A DNA stretch of 63,914 nucleotides, filler included, from Rhabdomonas costata (lineage: Eukaryota), in the NCBI GenBank assembly GCA_019059605.1. It is 36 parts of 36 records of this genome, joined end to end, with 100 filler letters (N's around TTAATTAATTAA, not from the genome) between each part and the next. Parts side by side here need not be neighbours in the genome. Positions count along the whole stretch, not along the records: positions 10,677 to 12,355 come from JAHMHO010010772.1; positions 12,456 to 14,135 come from JAHMHO010010773.1; positions 14,236 to 15,914 come from JAHMHO010010774.1; positions 16,015 to 17,693 come from JAHMHO010010775.1; positions 17,794 to 19,472 come from JAHMHO010010776.1; positions 19,573 to 21,251 come from JAHMHO010010777.1; positions 21,352 to 23,028 come from JAHMHO010010778.1; positions 23,129 to 24,807 come from JAHMHO010010779.1; 28 more parts are not named here. One strand, 5' to 3'. Position numbers and translations under genes: made by a program. Below are positions 11,710 through 25,074 of this stretch, piece after piece. The notes under the pieces were generated by a model that searched no databases, was not told the origin of the DNA, and saw only the letters and a list, made by a program, of their open reading frames with translations. Position 1 is the stretch's first letter, and every line of letters starts with the position of its first letter.

Positions 11710-13270
11710 CTGAAAGAAAGTAAAAACAGACTGCGTGCCTCAGTCTGTGAAGAAACCATGTGAGCAATTTTCATGGCAATATGGTCTTTGTACTTTTGTG
11801 CTTTCTATTAATTTATACATTTTCATGCAGCCCATAGCTCCCCGACGAAAATCAACAACCACACCTCATCACTGTTTTTTGGGGTAGGAAGGGAGACAGC
11901 CAAAACTGAGGTTCGCCCTGACACTGAGTATTAGGCGCATCAAAAGAGAGGAAAATGGTTAAAGCATATGTGCATGATTATTAGTGATAGAGGTTTGACA
12001 CATTGTTGCTGCTGTTCTGCAAATGTCGGCCCACAACCAGAGAGACCTCATCCCTGGTAACTCGAAGCGCAGCTAAGCAATCAGCAAGTTCCGCAGAGAG
12101 ATGCAGTACAATTGATAATTCAATACTATCCAAGATAAAGCACTCGTTCAAGGACAAAATGGCACAGACTCGGGGATTCAATCGCACACTCCACCATTAC
12201 GCAACAAGAGCATTCCAAACCAGAATCTCGCCACCAGATAATGGTCTGCACTGCGGGATGCTTGGAGGGGACTCAAAGTGAGACTTAAGCTGCTCTGCAG
12301 CAACCTGCGGCCCCCCACCCCCGCCCGCACACATGAACCGCCCGTCAACCCCTCANNNNNNNNNNNNNNNNNNNNNNNNNNNNNNNNNNNNNNNNNNNNT
12401 TAATTAATTAANNNNNNNNNNNNNNNNNNNNNNNNNNNNNNNNNNNNNNNNNNNNGTTGGGGGTTGGGTTGGGGTTGGGGTTGTGTGCAATTAAGGTCCA
12501 TCTTAAATTCGTGGCTATTTCGCAGTCCAATGCATTTGGAAGGGGTGAGTGTAAAACTGTTAAACAGCCGGGTTAGCCAGTCTGCGGCGCGGTCGTAGCG
12601 GGCGGTTGGGGCGAGGACGCTGTCTGGGAAGTTTTCGTGGGCATGCACAACAAAAGTGACATGCTCTAAGAGTGATATGAAGAGGGTTTTTGGGTGGCCA
12701 AACCCACTCAACTGATTTTAACCTCGTCGTTGACACCCCAGAAAATGCATCCGGCCCATTTTCGTATCGTTATGCCCAATGCAGGTGCAGGTGGAGGTGC
12801 TCAGGTCCGTTTCTCTGACTGTGTGAAGAAGGGGGAGGGAGCGGACGGTGGTGTTGCGGGAAACGAAGTGTTTTGTTGCCCTCTCCCTCTCCTCTCTGCT
12901 TGGACACGATATGTGGGTTGCAATGGAAGTCCCCTCGGGCGTTCGCAAGTTAAGGAACGGGGTGGCGCTCACCTCAGTTAACGGGGAAATATTTTTGGGA
13001 AAGAAAAGTCTTTCATAGGATGTTTGGGGTAACAATTTTACCAGCCGAACTTCAGATGAGTCTATTACCAGCGGTTTTGGTTGAATTACTGATGGTTACT
13101 GTTGGTTAATGGTTTGTTTGGCATCGCCTCCTTCGCCCCACCTTCTCCCCACCACTACTACTCCCTTCCCCTCCTGTTTTGAGACACGTGAATCGGCCTC
13201 TCCCTTTGCAAGCCTTCAGTTGGTTTTTGAGAGGAAAAGGAAAAACAACACCCAAGCTCAAGAGCAGCAG

Positions 13271-13472
13271 GACGGTTGGGATTTCCCAGGAAGAGGCTCT
13301 CCGGAAGGCCACCCGGCAAATCGACCGCCTGGTGCATCGCCTGCACGCCCATGCCTGCAAGGGGCAGCTCCTTTTTGACATCATTGCCACCCGAAAGCAC
13401 ATCGCCACTGGGGTGCCCCACCGCCTGGGCACTTCTATCTACAAGTACGCCGAGTCGATGTACTGGAAGGAG
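13271..13472 (+). CDS. Internal exon of a hypothetical protein
   Basis: CAG acceptor, GTGTGC donor, open frame ..EEALRKATRQIDRLVHRLHAHACKGQLLFDIIATRKHIATGVPHRLGTSIYKYAESMYWKE. Confidence 0.45.
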
Positions 13473-14653
13473 GTGTGCCAGCGAAACGGCAATGTCGAGG
13501 AACAAAGGCAGAAAGAGAGCGCAAAGTTTGACACTTTATTATTACTTATTTATGTGGGGGTGTGCAATTGATGTGTGCGATTATGTGTTCCCACCATCAC
13601 TGTTCAGCAAAGGCAACTTCTTCTGAATCGGAACTGAAAAATACGACGGTGTTCCATTTTGTTTTTCTCGTCTAAAGAAGCCTTCAGAAAGTTTGTACAC
13701 ATTCCTGCCAATACCAACAGAGCCCTTCCCAGCGTATGCAAAGACAAAGGGGCCTCACAAAGGCTGATATAGTGCAAGATGAAATAGTTCCCGCCCCCCT
13801 TCGGCGTTTTCCGTGAGGCCCCCCGACGATTGGTAAGAGTCCGGAGGCCGGCTCAAGCGGCTAACGGAGTCATCTGTAATATCCCCCAGAATTCCGACGG
13901 TATTGAGAAATCACTGTAAAGCTTATTTGCATTTCCACATAGTTGGTGCAGCTAGAGGTTCTGGAATGAAACCAAGCCCCTTTGTCCAAAGCGACGCTCT
14001 CACCCAGCAACCCAGTGTCAGGTCCTGCTATGCAGAATACCCCGTCATCCCGAACAGATCACCACCACCTTTGTGGGGATCACGGACAACACCGCGCGAA
14101 GGGTCGCCCACTGATCATCGAGAATGTCACCGAGGNNNNNNNNNNNNNNNNNNNNNNNNNNNNNNNNNNNNNNNNNNNNTTAATTAATTAANNNNNNNNN
14201 NNNNNNNNNNNNNNNNNNNNNNNNNNNNNNNNNNNTGTTTTGTGGGTACCCTCCTTGGACACACTAAGGACCTCGGTCTGAGAGCTTGAGCGCTGGCCGT
14301 GAAAAGGCCCTAAAATGGCACTTGGGGGGTTCTTTGAAAACTGTCAAGGCAACAGGGCTGAAAACGGCTTTAAAACGACCTTAAAACGACCCAAAGGCTC
14401 TTAGAGGTGAACTAACGAGGTCTATCTTAGACAAAGTGATGTCTGTCTGAAGTACTTCTGGGTACCCTCCTTGGACAAACCATTTGGAATGCTCCGGAGA
14501 GAAGAGCCGGGGTCCATCACGCTCCGTCCACAAACTACGTGCACAAGGCATTGTTTTGGAGGAGGTCTTTTCTGCCTCCAGCAAGATTTCAAAATGCTAT
14601 CCCTCTAAGCGGCGGTTCTTGGGAAACCTCAAAGGCGCACTTCCCAGCTTTTT

Positions 14654-14654
<1 letters not shown>

Positions 14655-14685
<31 letters not shown>

Positions 14686-14720
14686 AAAACAAACCAACAA
14701 ACAAACAAACAAACAAACAC
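14655..14720. repeat. Compound (CA)n/(AAAC)n microsatellite
   Basis: Seen directly. Confidence 0.9.
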
Positions 14721-14755
14721 ACTCACGCACATACCTCCGCCAAAGCCGTTGTTAC

Positions 14756-15316
14756 CTCCTGGTCCTCCAGCTGCTGAAGCTGCACCGGGGTACGCCGGGC
14801 CAGTGGGGTAGGCCATCCCGGCATTGGCATTGGGGAGGGACGTGGGCCCCCCTGCGCAGGGAAACATTGTGGGTCCCGAAGAGGGCTGAAACCCCCCCAA
14901 CGGGGAGCCACCGGTCGCGGCGCCATTGCCTGCAGTCAAAAAAAAAGAATGAAAGGTTACCCTCCAATGAGGGTATCCTAACCGAACGGAGCACATGACA
15001 CGCTCACAAGTCACGTCAGTTCGATTGTGATGCTCGTGGCAACTGAAGGCGAGAGATGAAACCAGTACAAAGCGTGGTAGAGTCAGGAGGGGAGGGGGAA
15101 GGAAGAAAAGGAGTGGAATCTTCACAGCACGGGCCGGCCATGCGGAAATTAATTGGGACGGCGAACAGAAAAGTCAACGTGGCATCGTGGACTGTCCTGT
15201 GCTGTGCACACCTCCAGCAAAGCCTGCCACGCCTGCACCGCTGACAGCGCCGGCTCCCTCAGCAAAGGAGTATGTGGGGCCGGTGGGGTAGGTCATCCCA
15301 GGGTTGAACGCAGACC
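14756..15316 (-). CDS. Gly/Pro/Ala-rich low-complexity protein, 2 exons (15212-15316, 14756-14929)
   Basis: Both exons are AG/GT bounded, phase 1-1, and both contain GM(T/A)YPTGP(T/A)Y. Confidence 0.55.
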
Positions 15317-18300
15317 CTGCGCACAGGGCGGCACACGAATTTCGATCATAAAGCGATTTACATGTGCTTTTGCAGGGAGTGCCCCAGGAAAAGGCGAGAG
15401 ACCGTTCAGTGCGAAGATCACTGCTCAGCAGTGAGGGGACTTTGGATGATTTCTCTTCAAAATCCAAATTGGGTTTTATTTAATCTTTTTTAAAGGAATG
15501 CGCTGGGGGCAGGAGTGAAGTTTTGGGCACCAGCAACCTCCTTGACAAACACACATCTTCTCGGTACGGATACGGGGAACGTATCACCCTTCTGCTGCTG
15601 GGAACCTCAATGGCACTTTTCAACCGCGGTTCTTGCAGCTCCAACCGCTGGCCCCAGTCTTATTCTGTTTGGGATCCTCGGGACACGGAGAGCCCCGCTG
15701 TGGCGCCGTCCCTGGAGCTCTTCGCAAGGGAACGGGACTTCGGGACCATTTTTAAGCTTCTTTATCTTCTTTATCTGCTCTTCTGTAGGGCCTTCGCAGA
15801 TCTCGCAAAGACACACAACTCCCATTCGGGCCCCCACCCTTTCATCTATATCCCCGCGGGGCCTGGAGAACCCCGACTGGTGCGTTTGCATTGTTTGCAT
15901 TGCAAACCAACCCCNNNNNNNNNNNNNNNNNNNNNNNNNNNNNNNNNNNNNNNNNNNNTTAATTAATTAANNNNNNNNNNNNNNNNNNNNNNNNNNNNNN
16001 NNNNNNNNNNNNNNGGGTTTGGGTAGAGTCTGACTGGGATGAGGTCGCCTCAAGGTCGACATGCATGCAACAGCGACCCAGCAGATGTTTATTGGCAGGA
16101 GACAGGGACTGGTTACTTGCATTCCCGTGCTGAGGCGACGAAGGCATCGCCCCTTATATTTGAAAAATGTTCAACCGGCTGAACGAAGGAAGTGGATAAG
16201 AGGCAGAAGACATCCGAGAAACATCCGGAATTCAGCCAAACCAATCACTACAGCTATCTATTCACAAGTTCGCCTTTTAGTATAAGGAAAAGAGCAAAAC
16301 ACCATGCCCTGATCCAGATCGATGCCCTGGTCTGCCGTGGATGCTCAAACACACACACGCACACACACGTCTGCTGTGGGGCTCACGTTGGACTCTGTGT
16401 TTCCAACTTTAAATCCCTAATCAGTCATGCCACATGCCCACATCAAACACCAGAACGACACAGAAAGGCCCGCACTCAACCACCAACAGAACAGAATAAT
16501 TGAACATGCCACAGCTTGCCTCCCACAACCAGCGAGAAAGGGACCACACCCAAGCACAGGAAAGATGTGGATCAACACAAGAAACAGTAGCAACGCCAAG
16601 ACCATGGTAAACCACATTAGACTTTCGAGAACTAACAACGAAGCCAACGAAGCCAGGCCAGCACCTGGTCCAAGAGATGGAATGCCGGCGGGAGAAGCCC
16701 AGCTCATTGGGTGAGACGCATAATTTGGGCTATTCAGTAGCCGGGATCTCGCGATACGATTTTGGGTTTCAGTGGCCAAAATGGAACCTTATGATTCAGG
16801 ACACCCACTTCGCAAGCTCGCAAACCTGAGCATGGCATCAAACTGCTGTCAATGGCATCGTCTGGGGCAATTCAACCTCACTCCCGTGTTACTAGCACCG
16901 AAGCCGAACAGTCCCCTCCTCCCATAAGAAGCCGAGCGAACCCCTCAAAGAACGAGCGCCCCGCAAAGCGCAGCGGATAATGCAAGAGACGTCATCTGTA
17001 ATGTGGGGAGTCCATGGGATGTATATGCTGTGAGTTTGTGTGAACGGCAAGCAGAAATTTAACATTGCCAACCCAATTTTCCTCACTTGGAATCAATTCA
17101 GCAAGCGCAGACACTTACAATACATCCCAGCGTGTTCCAGCAAAATGTTCGCAAAGCGTTCATCCCTCAAACACACCCAAATTGGGAGGGGTCGAATGGC
17201 ATACCATTGTTATACGTTATATTCTTTGAAATCATTGAGAATCATTGACACCAAAGGTCCGTTTTTGTTTTTGTGGAATGGCGATCGCAAACTCATCAGG
17301 CATCGCTCGACTATCCCTCCCAAGCGCACAACCGAAGAAAAACAACCCAGCACTGAATACCAATCAGCATTGCTCGCCGTCCAGTTGCTACACCCGCGTA
17401 TGTAAATCTCTGCCGCCACCTATTCCGCATACGGAACAACTGATGCTCCAAATCCCTATCCTCCATGCAGCTGAGAAAAAAGGCATGGGCAAAAGGAAGT
17501 TCGCCAAGGTGTTGGGGGGCTTCCTCCACCTTAACAAACCTGTGGGCTCAATTGTCGAGTGAAAAGCCTTCCTGCAAACTGGACCTATGCAATGCTGAAA
17601 ACGGATCCAAATCATCCTGATAGCAAAAATAACCCGAAAAGCCTTCCCGTGTGGAAAACCTGTCCCCCCACCGCCTTTTCCCTACACAAAACANNNNNNN
17701 NNNNNNNNNNNNNNNNNNNNNNNNNNNNNNNNNNNNNTTAATTAATTAANNNNNNNNNNNNNNNNNNNNNNNNNNNNNNNNNNNNNNNNNNNNGAACTTT
17801 TCCACGCTCGTACCAGTTTGATGGCAATTGAAGGTTTTCTAAACCTTAAAAGAATAGAAATTTTCAGGGCAAAGAGGAAGCATGCCTGAGATGTTTTGTG
17901 CACACATGAGGTATCTTCTGTCTTTTTAGGGTTGCTTGTCGCGCCCACTCCCGGATCCCGCGAAGCTAAACCAAAGCGGACAAAGCTTCCTGCAGAAAGA
18001 ACGCACTGGTGCAGGAATGACAATTCTTTAGCGAAAACCGCACAGGTTTGTGAAGATAAAAGTCCACTGACTTCTGAAAGTGGAAGAAAGAATGAGAGCG
18101 GTAGAGTATGTGATTCTTTCAACGGGTGCTGGATTTGCGCGCAGGGAAACACAAAAGGAGGATGACGGAGGAGGGGGGGACACTGAGACGAACGAGGAGG
18201 AGGAGGAGGAGAAGCTCGCCAAGTGCTGGGTGAGAGTACAGCAGTAACAGGCACCTGGTTTCCATTCCAGCAAAGCCAATGCTTTTACACAGGACGCCCC

Positions 18301-19108
18301 TACGCCCTACGTGCAACCCTCCTGTCCTTGTAGGAGCACTGACACCCGCCTACCTTTTTAGACAACACGCGTACGTTCGAGCACCCTATTTTGAGTGTGA
18401 TACTACGGAAAAGAAAGCACCGAAAAAGGAAAATACGCTCAGCACCCCGAAACTCAGAGGACAGTACTCCCAAACTAACTTACCGTACATGCGCGGAAAA
18501 AAAGAAACGCTCAGATAGCATGCCACAGCCTGAGGCTGTCTGCTGTAATGACCCATTGCACAGGTACTGTGCAGGTATGATGAGGTCATCCCACCTTCTC
18601 GAATTCCCTTGGTGAAGGTGCAAGGAAAAGGAGTTGGTACACGTGGATGCACGAAGGACGAAAAGAAAAAGAAGCACGGCGCTTACCCTCCCGTTCCCTC
18701 GACCCGAAAGGAAAGGAAAATCCACCTGTTAGGACCACACAAAACCAAAGCACAACACCAACGCACCGCGCGGACCCCCCACCCCTAGACGCCCAAAAAT
18801 ACAAACTGGAGCAACCCCATTGCTCCAATCGAGAAGGCGGAAGTCAAAGCTCTTGTTCCGGTTCTGACACATCTCAACCCATCCTCACCGACTCACCGAT
18901 ATAGCTCCACCAGCTTCCAATTGGCTTCATCTCACTCTTGTGCTTATCAACGAAGCTCACATGACCATAGTGTTGAAGGAAGAAAAGAGAAGGGGCAACG
19001 AGCTCTCAGAAGGTTCTGGCAAAGCAAGAGAGAGCGGGTCACTGAGCCTTTCTCCCTCAACATTATCCCGAGCCGGGAGTGCGCTCCCTCCGTTGCCTCT
19101 GGAGACAC

Positions 19109-19244
19109 CAATGGAAGGGCTGGGTCGGCCTTGCAGCGGATTGGAAGGGCTCTGCAGCTCCAGCTGGGCGGTCAGCGTGCCAAACCCGAAGTCGATGGTG
19201 TGGCTGACTGGGGTGTCCGCCGGGAACTTCGCGAGGTCGATGTA
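19109..19244 (-). CDS. Exon of a hypothetical protein (possibly NT-type C2-like)
   Basis: CAG acceptor, YIDLAKFPADTPVSHTIDFGFGTLTAQLELQ.., GTGTCT donor. The IDLAxF plus beta-strand pattern only loosely recalls NT-C2. Confidence 0.3.
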
Positions 19245-19956
19245 CTGCACCAATGGCAAACAAGAAGGATAGCACTTCCTCAACCCAACCGCCATTATGA
19301 CAAGAAAAGTCCAAAGTGAGTTCACAAAAAACGAGGCAGTCTAATAAACACTCGTAGCTCCACGAGATGAGACAGTTGAGGTCGTTTATTGTCTCCCCCA
19401 AGTGCCCACACAAGTCTACCCCCGTTCGCGGCCTTCCGATGGCCCACTCCCCACACCCACACCACAATCCCGNNNNNNNNNNNNNNNNNNNNNNNNNNNN
19501 NNNNNNNNNNNNNNNNTTAATTAATTAANNNNNNNNNNNNNNNNNNNNNNNNNNNNNNNNNNNNNNNNNNNNGTGGGGGTGTTTGGAATGAATGCTCGAA
19601 ACTAGGGGGCCACCTACAGAGGGGTATCAGATAAGTTGTGATTTCTTTTGACAACTGAGGCGTCGATCTTTTCATGCAATTCTGGAATTCTGGGGGTTTG
19701 TGCTTTGGACTGTTCTTGCTTGTTGTGGTGGTTTACTGATGTGCGTCAGGCGCACGGTTGATTCTGCGCTACGGGAGATAATATTTTATCCGTTTTCCCG
19801 CTTCACCTGCACAGGACACAATGGTAAATGGTGGGTATTCTTGCGGTTGGGTAGGGTGGGGGGCATTCCTCCGCAGAAAGCAGAACTTCGTCAAACTATG
19901 GTCACATTGTCAGACGGTGGAGGATGAAGTGGGGATGGGGTGGGGTTCGGGCTCAG

Positions 19957-21160
19957 GTGAGTGGCTGTACGCCTTCTCTCCAAGCACGGTGATGAGCGAC
20001 TCGACGGCCCAGCAGGCGTTGTGGGCGCGATGCGTGCAGGCTTTTTACAGCGGTTCCGTCAGCTTTTCCTCGTTTGAAGAGATTTGAAGGGCTTTGCTTG
20101 TAAAAGAAATTGCGGTTGCCCGGCAACTGGGGATGGCAGCTGCTCCAAGACGGGACTTCTCCTTTTCTTTTTCAGTGAGTCTCCGTCGTCCCCGGCTTTA
20201 TTCGATTTTAACCGCAGGGCTTGCCGCGGGACGGCGGGAAGTGTCTGTATGGGGTAGCCCCCACCATTTTTTGTGCCGTTTTGCTCTCGGAATTTTCCCT
20301 TCCCCTCTCTCAGCGGACTACATCCAAGCCCGTCCTCTGCTGCAGCAGTTCCTCAAGGCCGCACCTGTGTCTGGTGGTGCCACGAAGTTCGCCCTGGCCC
20401 TCATGGCAATCATAGCGAAGCGGCTCACCGGCGAAGTCGTATCCGATTCTATGAACAGCCCCGAGGATGAAGCATCCGAAAGCACCTCCGCACCTGAGAA
20501 GTACGGTTTGGGGCATTGGGTAGCTTGTGGTGGTGGTGTGAAACGGTAAACGACATCATCCGGAAGTAGTGTGTAAAACGAAGCAGTGTCGTTGTACAGA
20601 AATCAGAAACATAGAAGTGTGTCAGAAAATTTTCTTTGGGTGTGTGTTGCTTTGAGTTTTTACCCGTAACAGAGAAGATAATGGAATTGAAGGTTTATTG
20701 GACACACAAGGAGAGACCGGAAGATGCCCCTCACGTGCACTCGTGCATTGACCGCGATCGGGATACTTTGTTCGATTTAGGCGCCTCACGTCAACCGCGC
20801 CGCATTTTTTCTTGTGGTAACTACAATACAGATGCCCTTGTTTCGGGCAATTAACACTCATTTTTCCAATAAAAAGGTCACTGGTAACGTTCTCTCCATG
20901 CATCATACGCTTTCTCACGTTGCACGTCCGTGCCATACAGAGGGTCTATCGTTCCTTGGACTCTCTGGCTATTTTGATTCGCTCACTTCCAGCCACGTGC
21001 ACTTTCTAGAGGATGCATTCTCTCCGCTATGGATAACCGCTTCCGACGCCGGGTGTAGATATTGGCCCTCACCTTCTCGCAGGTACGCCAACTTCATCGC
21101 GGACGAACTGCAATTCCAGCTGAAGCTTGTGGAGGAGCGGCAGCTCCTACACTCACGGCG
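19957..21160 (+). CDS. Hypothetical protein, 3 exons (19957-20052, 20314-20500, 21083 to about 21160)
   Basis: GT-AG joins are phase-compatible (..AFYS A|DYIQARPLLQQFLK..APE K|YANFIADELQFQLKLVEE). The end of the last exon is unclear. Confidence 0.5.
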
Positions 21161-24100
21161 GAGGCCCAATCTCCGGCCTCTGCACACGGCCGTGCCTTCC
21201 CCTAACCTGGCGCCAAGGCCGATTCCCAGCCCCAGTGGCTCACCCACCACCNNNNNNNNNNNNNNNNNNNNNNNNNNNNNNNNNNNNNNNNNNNNTTAAT
21301 TAATTAANNNNNNNNNNNNNNNNNNNNNNNNNNNNNNNNNNNNNNNNNNNNCCAGGACATCAAGGTGTTTCCAGAGACTAGTTTCCAGAGGTTTCATAGA
21401 GATTCCAGAGAGCCGACAAGGTGAGCGGAGACGGATCTCAGCCTCTCGTGAGCCAGCTCCTGGCCAAACGCTAGGTCACAGGCTACCTATCCACAGCTGG
21501 GCGAGAGAGCAGAGCAGAGTAGGGCCAGGTGACAGACGGATGGCCGATAGAGTGACAGTGGGGGAAGACCCCGGGTGAGACAGAGAGCCAGGCCACGGGA
21601 GGGAGGCCGCATGGAAGGGGAATGCGTGCAGGGAAGTCGAGGCAGCGCCCACCTTGTGCAAGTAAGGTCGGGGTAAAGTCCAACGCGCGGAGGATCCAGA
21701 GGCATCACCACCTCCGAAGGCAGGAGCCTCGTAAGTGTTTCCGCAATATCGTTGGAGTGTGACAGTGTTTTGGTAGGGTGTTGGGTTGGGATCGGAGTCG
21801 GAGTTTGGATGGGTTGGCATGGTGGGTTGTGATTGGATGCGTGTTGTGTTGGAGGGTTGATGGGTTCCGCGTTTCGTGTGTTGGAAAGAATTGTAGATGT
21901 TGGAGGTTGGGCAAATGCGCGGCCAGCATCCACACCCAAAAGGGCAAATGCAAAGGAAGCCTGTTTTCCTGCCTCCGCAGGCAGGAAGAAACCACAAAAA
22001 CAAAGCAGCCGCTAAGGAAAAAGGTTCCATCTTGAAAGCCGCAATAAAAGGGCGGGGGAGAAGAGCGCCCCAACATGTACCATATGTACCATATCGTCCC
22101 TTGCCCTTTCCGGGCTATTCTAGGGCGGGATGAGAGTGAAAGCGCCAGACAATATGAACCGGGCCACTGTAGCCACTGTAGCCGATTTTTGTGGTGTCGT
22201 GCGGTCGGCTGCGAAAATTTTCCCCCAGAGAAGCGGCGGGCGTGCCGACCCGACAGTGCGGGGACGGAAGCCATTTCGAAAAAGAAAACGGGCAAACACA
22301 ACGGGGAAAGGGGAAGGGGGAGCACCTAACTGTCTTTTGGCGGATTCAACACTGAGTTTTCGAGTTTTCGAGCTCCCGTTGGAAGTGACGCTCGTGTGTC
22401 TTGGTGCCGTCTTTAAGAACAACGCCGCTTACAATTTGTCTTCTGCAAAAAAGCTTGAGAGATTTGAGAAAAACATTCTTGACACCAAGGACATTATTGA
22501 CAAACGTGGGCCACGACACTGGGTGCGGTGCGGTGGCTTCCCTTGAAATCCTCTCACACCTATCCCAAATGTCTGGCAAAGTGTTTGCTCAACAAGATTA
22601 AAAAAAGCAGTCAACAATGCAAAATACAGAAGCGGGACGGATGAATCTCCCTCACCGCCGGGCTGGACAGATGTCTCATATTCGTGCATGAATCGGTGTG
22701 CTTCCGCCAGCTTCACCGGTGGGGGTAGAAAAAATACCCAATCAGATGACTGTTGCACTGGATGGTGAAAAGATGCCACCCCTCCCAGAAGGGGCGCTGG
22801 TACAAATGCCACGCTCACGGTGGGGTGGAAGAGGCGGCGTTGTAGTGAAATGTAGTCCCTGGGGTACGTTGCGCGAGGTGAGACACCAGTGCGGTAATCA
22901 CGCTCTTTTCCGATCCTCCGGGTGGACCCCTCACAGAGGTGGTGGTGGCAGAGGAGGACGGAGGTCGTGACGCCGCGGTACCGAGCTCATTTTGCACGAT
23001 GCCCAACGCATTTTGTACACCCCCCACANNNNNNNNNNNNNNNNNNNNNNNNNNNNNNNNNNNNNNNNNNNNTTAATTAATTAANNNNNNNNNNNNNNNN
23101 NNNNNNNNNNNNNNNNNNNNNNNNNNNNGGGGTGGTTGCGTGCTGGGAGTTAGATGAGCGCATCACTACTCTGTTTACAGTGCGCATTCTGCAAACTCCT
23201 CAGGTACCTTCACAGCAGCAGCGAACTGGTTCTCGGGTTTTGGTACCTGAATCTGGTATTCGCCGGAAAGCAGCAGGGGGTGCCCTCTCTGGAACAGTGC
23301 AGGCTTCGCTTGCTGAAGGAAGGGTCATGAAACTTCTGCGTCCGGTGCCAGATTGGCATTCTCAGCCTCTGCTGGACTTTTTGAAAAAGGAAACACCCTA
23401 GACAATGACATCAGGCAGGGACATCAAACCGAAGAAGGAAAGGGATGTACCTTCTTTACCTTCTCTGGATTATACACTCGCACCCCCCCCCCTACCCTCA
23501 CCGCTTGTTCTTTCCATGGACAAGGGGGAAGACTCTTTGCTTTTCGCACCGTTTGCGCGTTCGTATGAAGGGGACGTTTTTTGTTTTGCTAAAGCTTCTC
23601 TTCTGTATTGTACTGCAAATGTAATCCATTGGAAAGGTTAGCGCGCTGACTTTGCCCATTGTTCGGAAATCCTTTCCTTTCGGAACCCGAGCCGCTTTTC
23701 TGCGCTGTCAGTGTGTTGAGTTGTGTTATGTTGAGGTGGCGCCGTGACGAGTGTGTGTGCTCCTGTTTTGTGAGTGGCTGGTTTGATTTGGGATGCCACA
23801 CCAGAATTCGGTTGATACGCCTGGAATCGATGGACGGGGAGAAACGGATGTGCGAGAAACCTACTATGGAACCTCCGGACATTTCAAGAGAATGTGGTTC
23901 TAGGGCTCAGCGAACTTTGGTGTGGCTACCGGAAACCCTAGAGGAATGCCAGTGGCCGCCCGCTGACCACCAATGCCAGAGAGCAATGGTGGATAATGTT
24001 AGCCTTTCAACTGATTGACGCCTGGCGCAGGCAACGTCAGAGGAACTCGAGGCAACATCCCCATGGGAAGCGTATTCTCTTCACCCACTCAGTCTGCTCG

Positions 24101-24494
24101 TGAGGAATTGCGGGTGTTCATGGCACGTCCCCATTGCACTACGGTTTTTTTGTACCCCACGTTCACTGCCTTTGGGTTCTGGATGAAGTCGCGGGCTCTT
24201 GCCAGTGTGCTCAGGCTTCTGCCTGCCTTTGCCTTCCGCGTCCTTTGAGCCCATCCCTCTCCTGGTACCCCTCTTAAGGAGTATACCCGCAGTCCTCCTG
24301 CCTCCCCTTGTCACACTGCATTTGTGCGTGAGAGGAAGAAATGGTGTCCCGGGCGGTGTGGACGGCGCTGCTTTCCTTGTCCCTTTTGGTGGTGTGGCTG
24401 CTGCTGCGGGAGAGCCTTCTGCCGCAGTCCAACACGCCCACTCCAGAGCGGCCGCGGCGGCCTCCGCGCCCACCTCCACCCCCACCACCCGTCC

Positions 24495-24755
24495 AGTGAG
24501 GGCCTGGCTGACCTCCCTCCACACCATCCCCAGGACGTTCAGTGGGGTGGCCAGCTGCAGCAGCAGGGTGTTCACCAGCACCAGATCCCCCACCGTCATC
24601 GTCCCCGCGGCCACCCCGGATACCGCCAGGTACATCATCACCGTCAAGGCCACGCTGATGATCAAGTTTTGGCCGTAGTTCAGCAGCGACAGCGACTGCT
24701 GAGCCTGCTCCGCGGCCCGGGAGTACTGCTGGAGGTACCCGTTGTATCCCGTAAC
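24495..24755 (-). CDS. ATM1: ABC transporter, ATM1/ABCB7-type transmembrane domain exon
   Basis: YNGYLQQYSRAAEQAQQSLSLLNYGQNLIISVALTVMMYLAVSGVAAGTMTVGDLVLVNTLLLQLATPLNVLGMVWREVSQALT matches ATM1/ABCB7 (LN.GQ, G..TVGDLV.VN.LL.QL..PLN.LG..(Y/W)RE..QAL). CAG acceptor; the donor is atypical (see findings). Confidence 0.85.
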
Positions 24756-25074
24756 CTGTGAGACCACATAGCGAAGCGCCGAAAGGAATTCACCCAAACC
24801 AAAAAACNNNNNNNNNNNNNNNNNNNNNNNNNNNNNNNNNNNNNNNNNNNNTTAATTAATTAANNNNNNNNNNNNNNNNNNNNNNNNNNNNNNNNNNNNN
24901 NNNNNNNGTTTTGGTGGTGGATCCCGTGCACAAAGAATCTGCAGATAAAACAATGCAAAAAGAAGTGAGAAAAAACCGGGAAGCAGCAAGGAGGACAGTG
25001 CGCGGTTTTGACCTTGACCGAACCACTTCATTGAGCTGAGTGAGCATAAAAACCCAAGTAAAAAATGGCACAAC

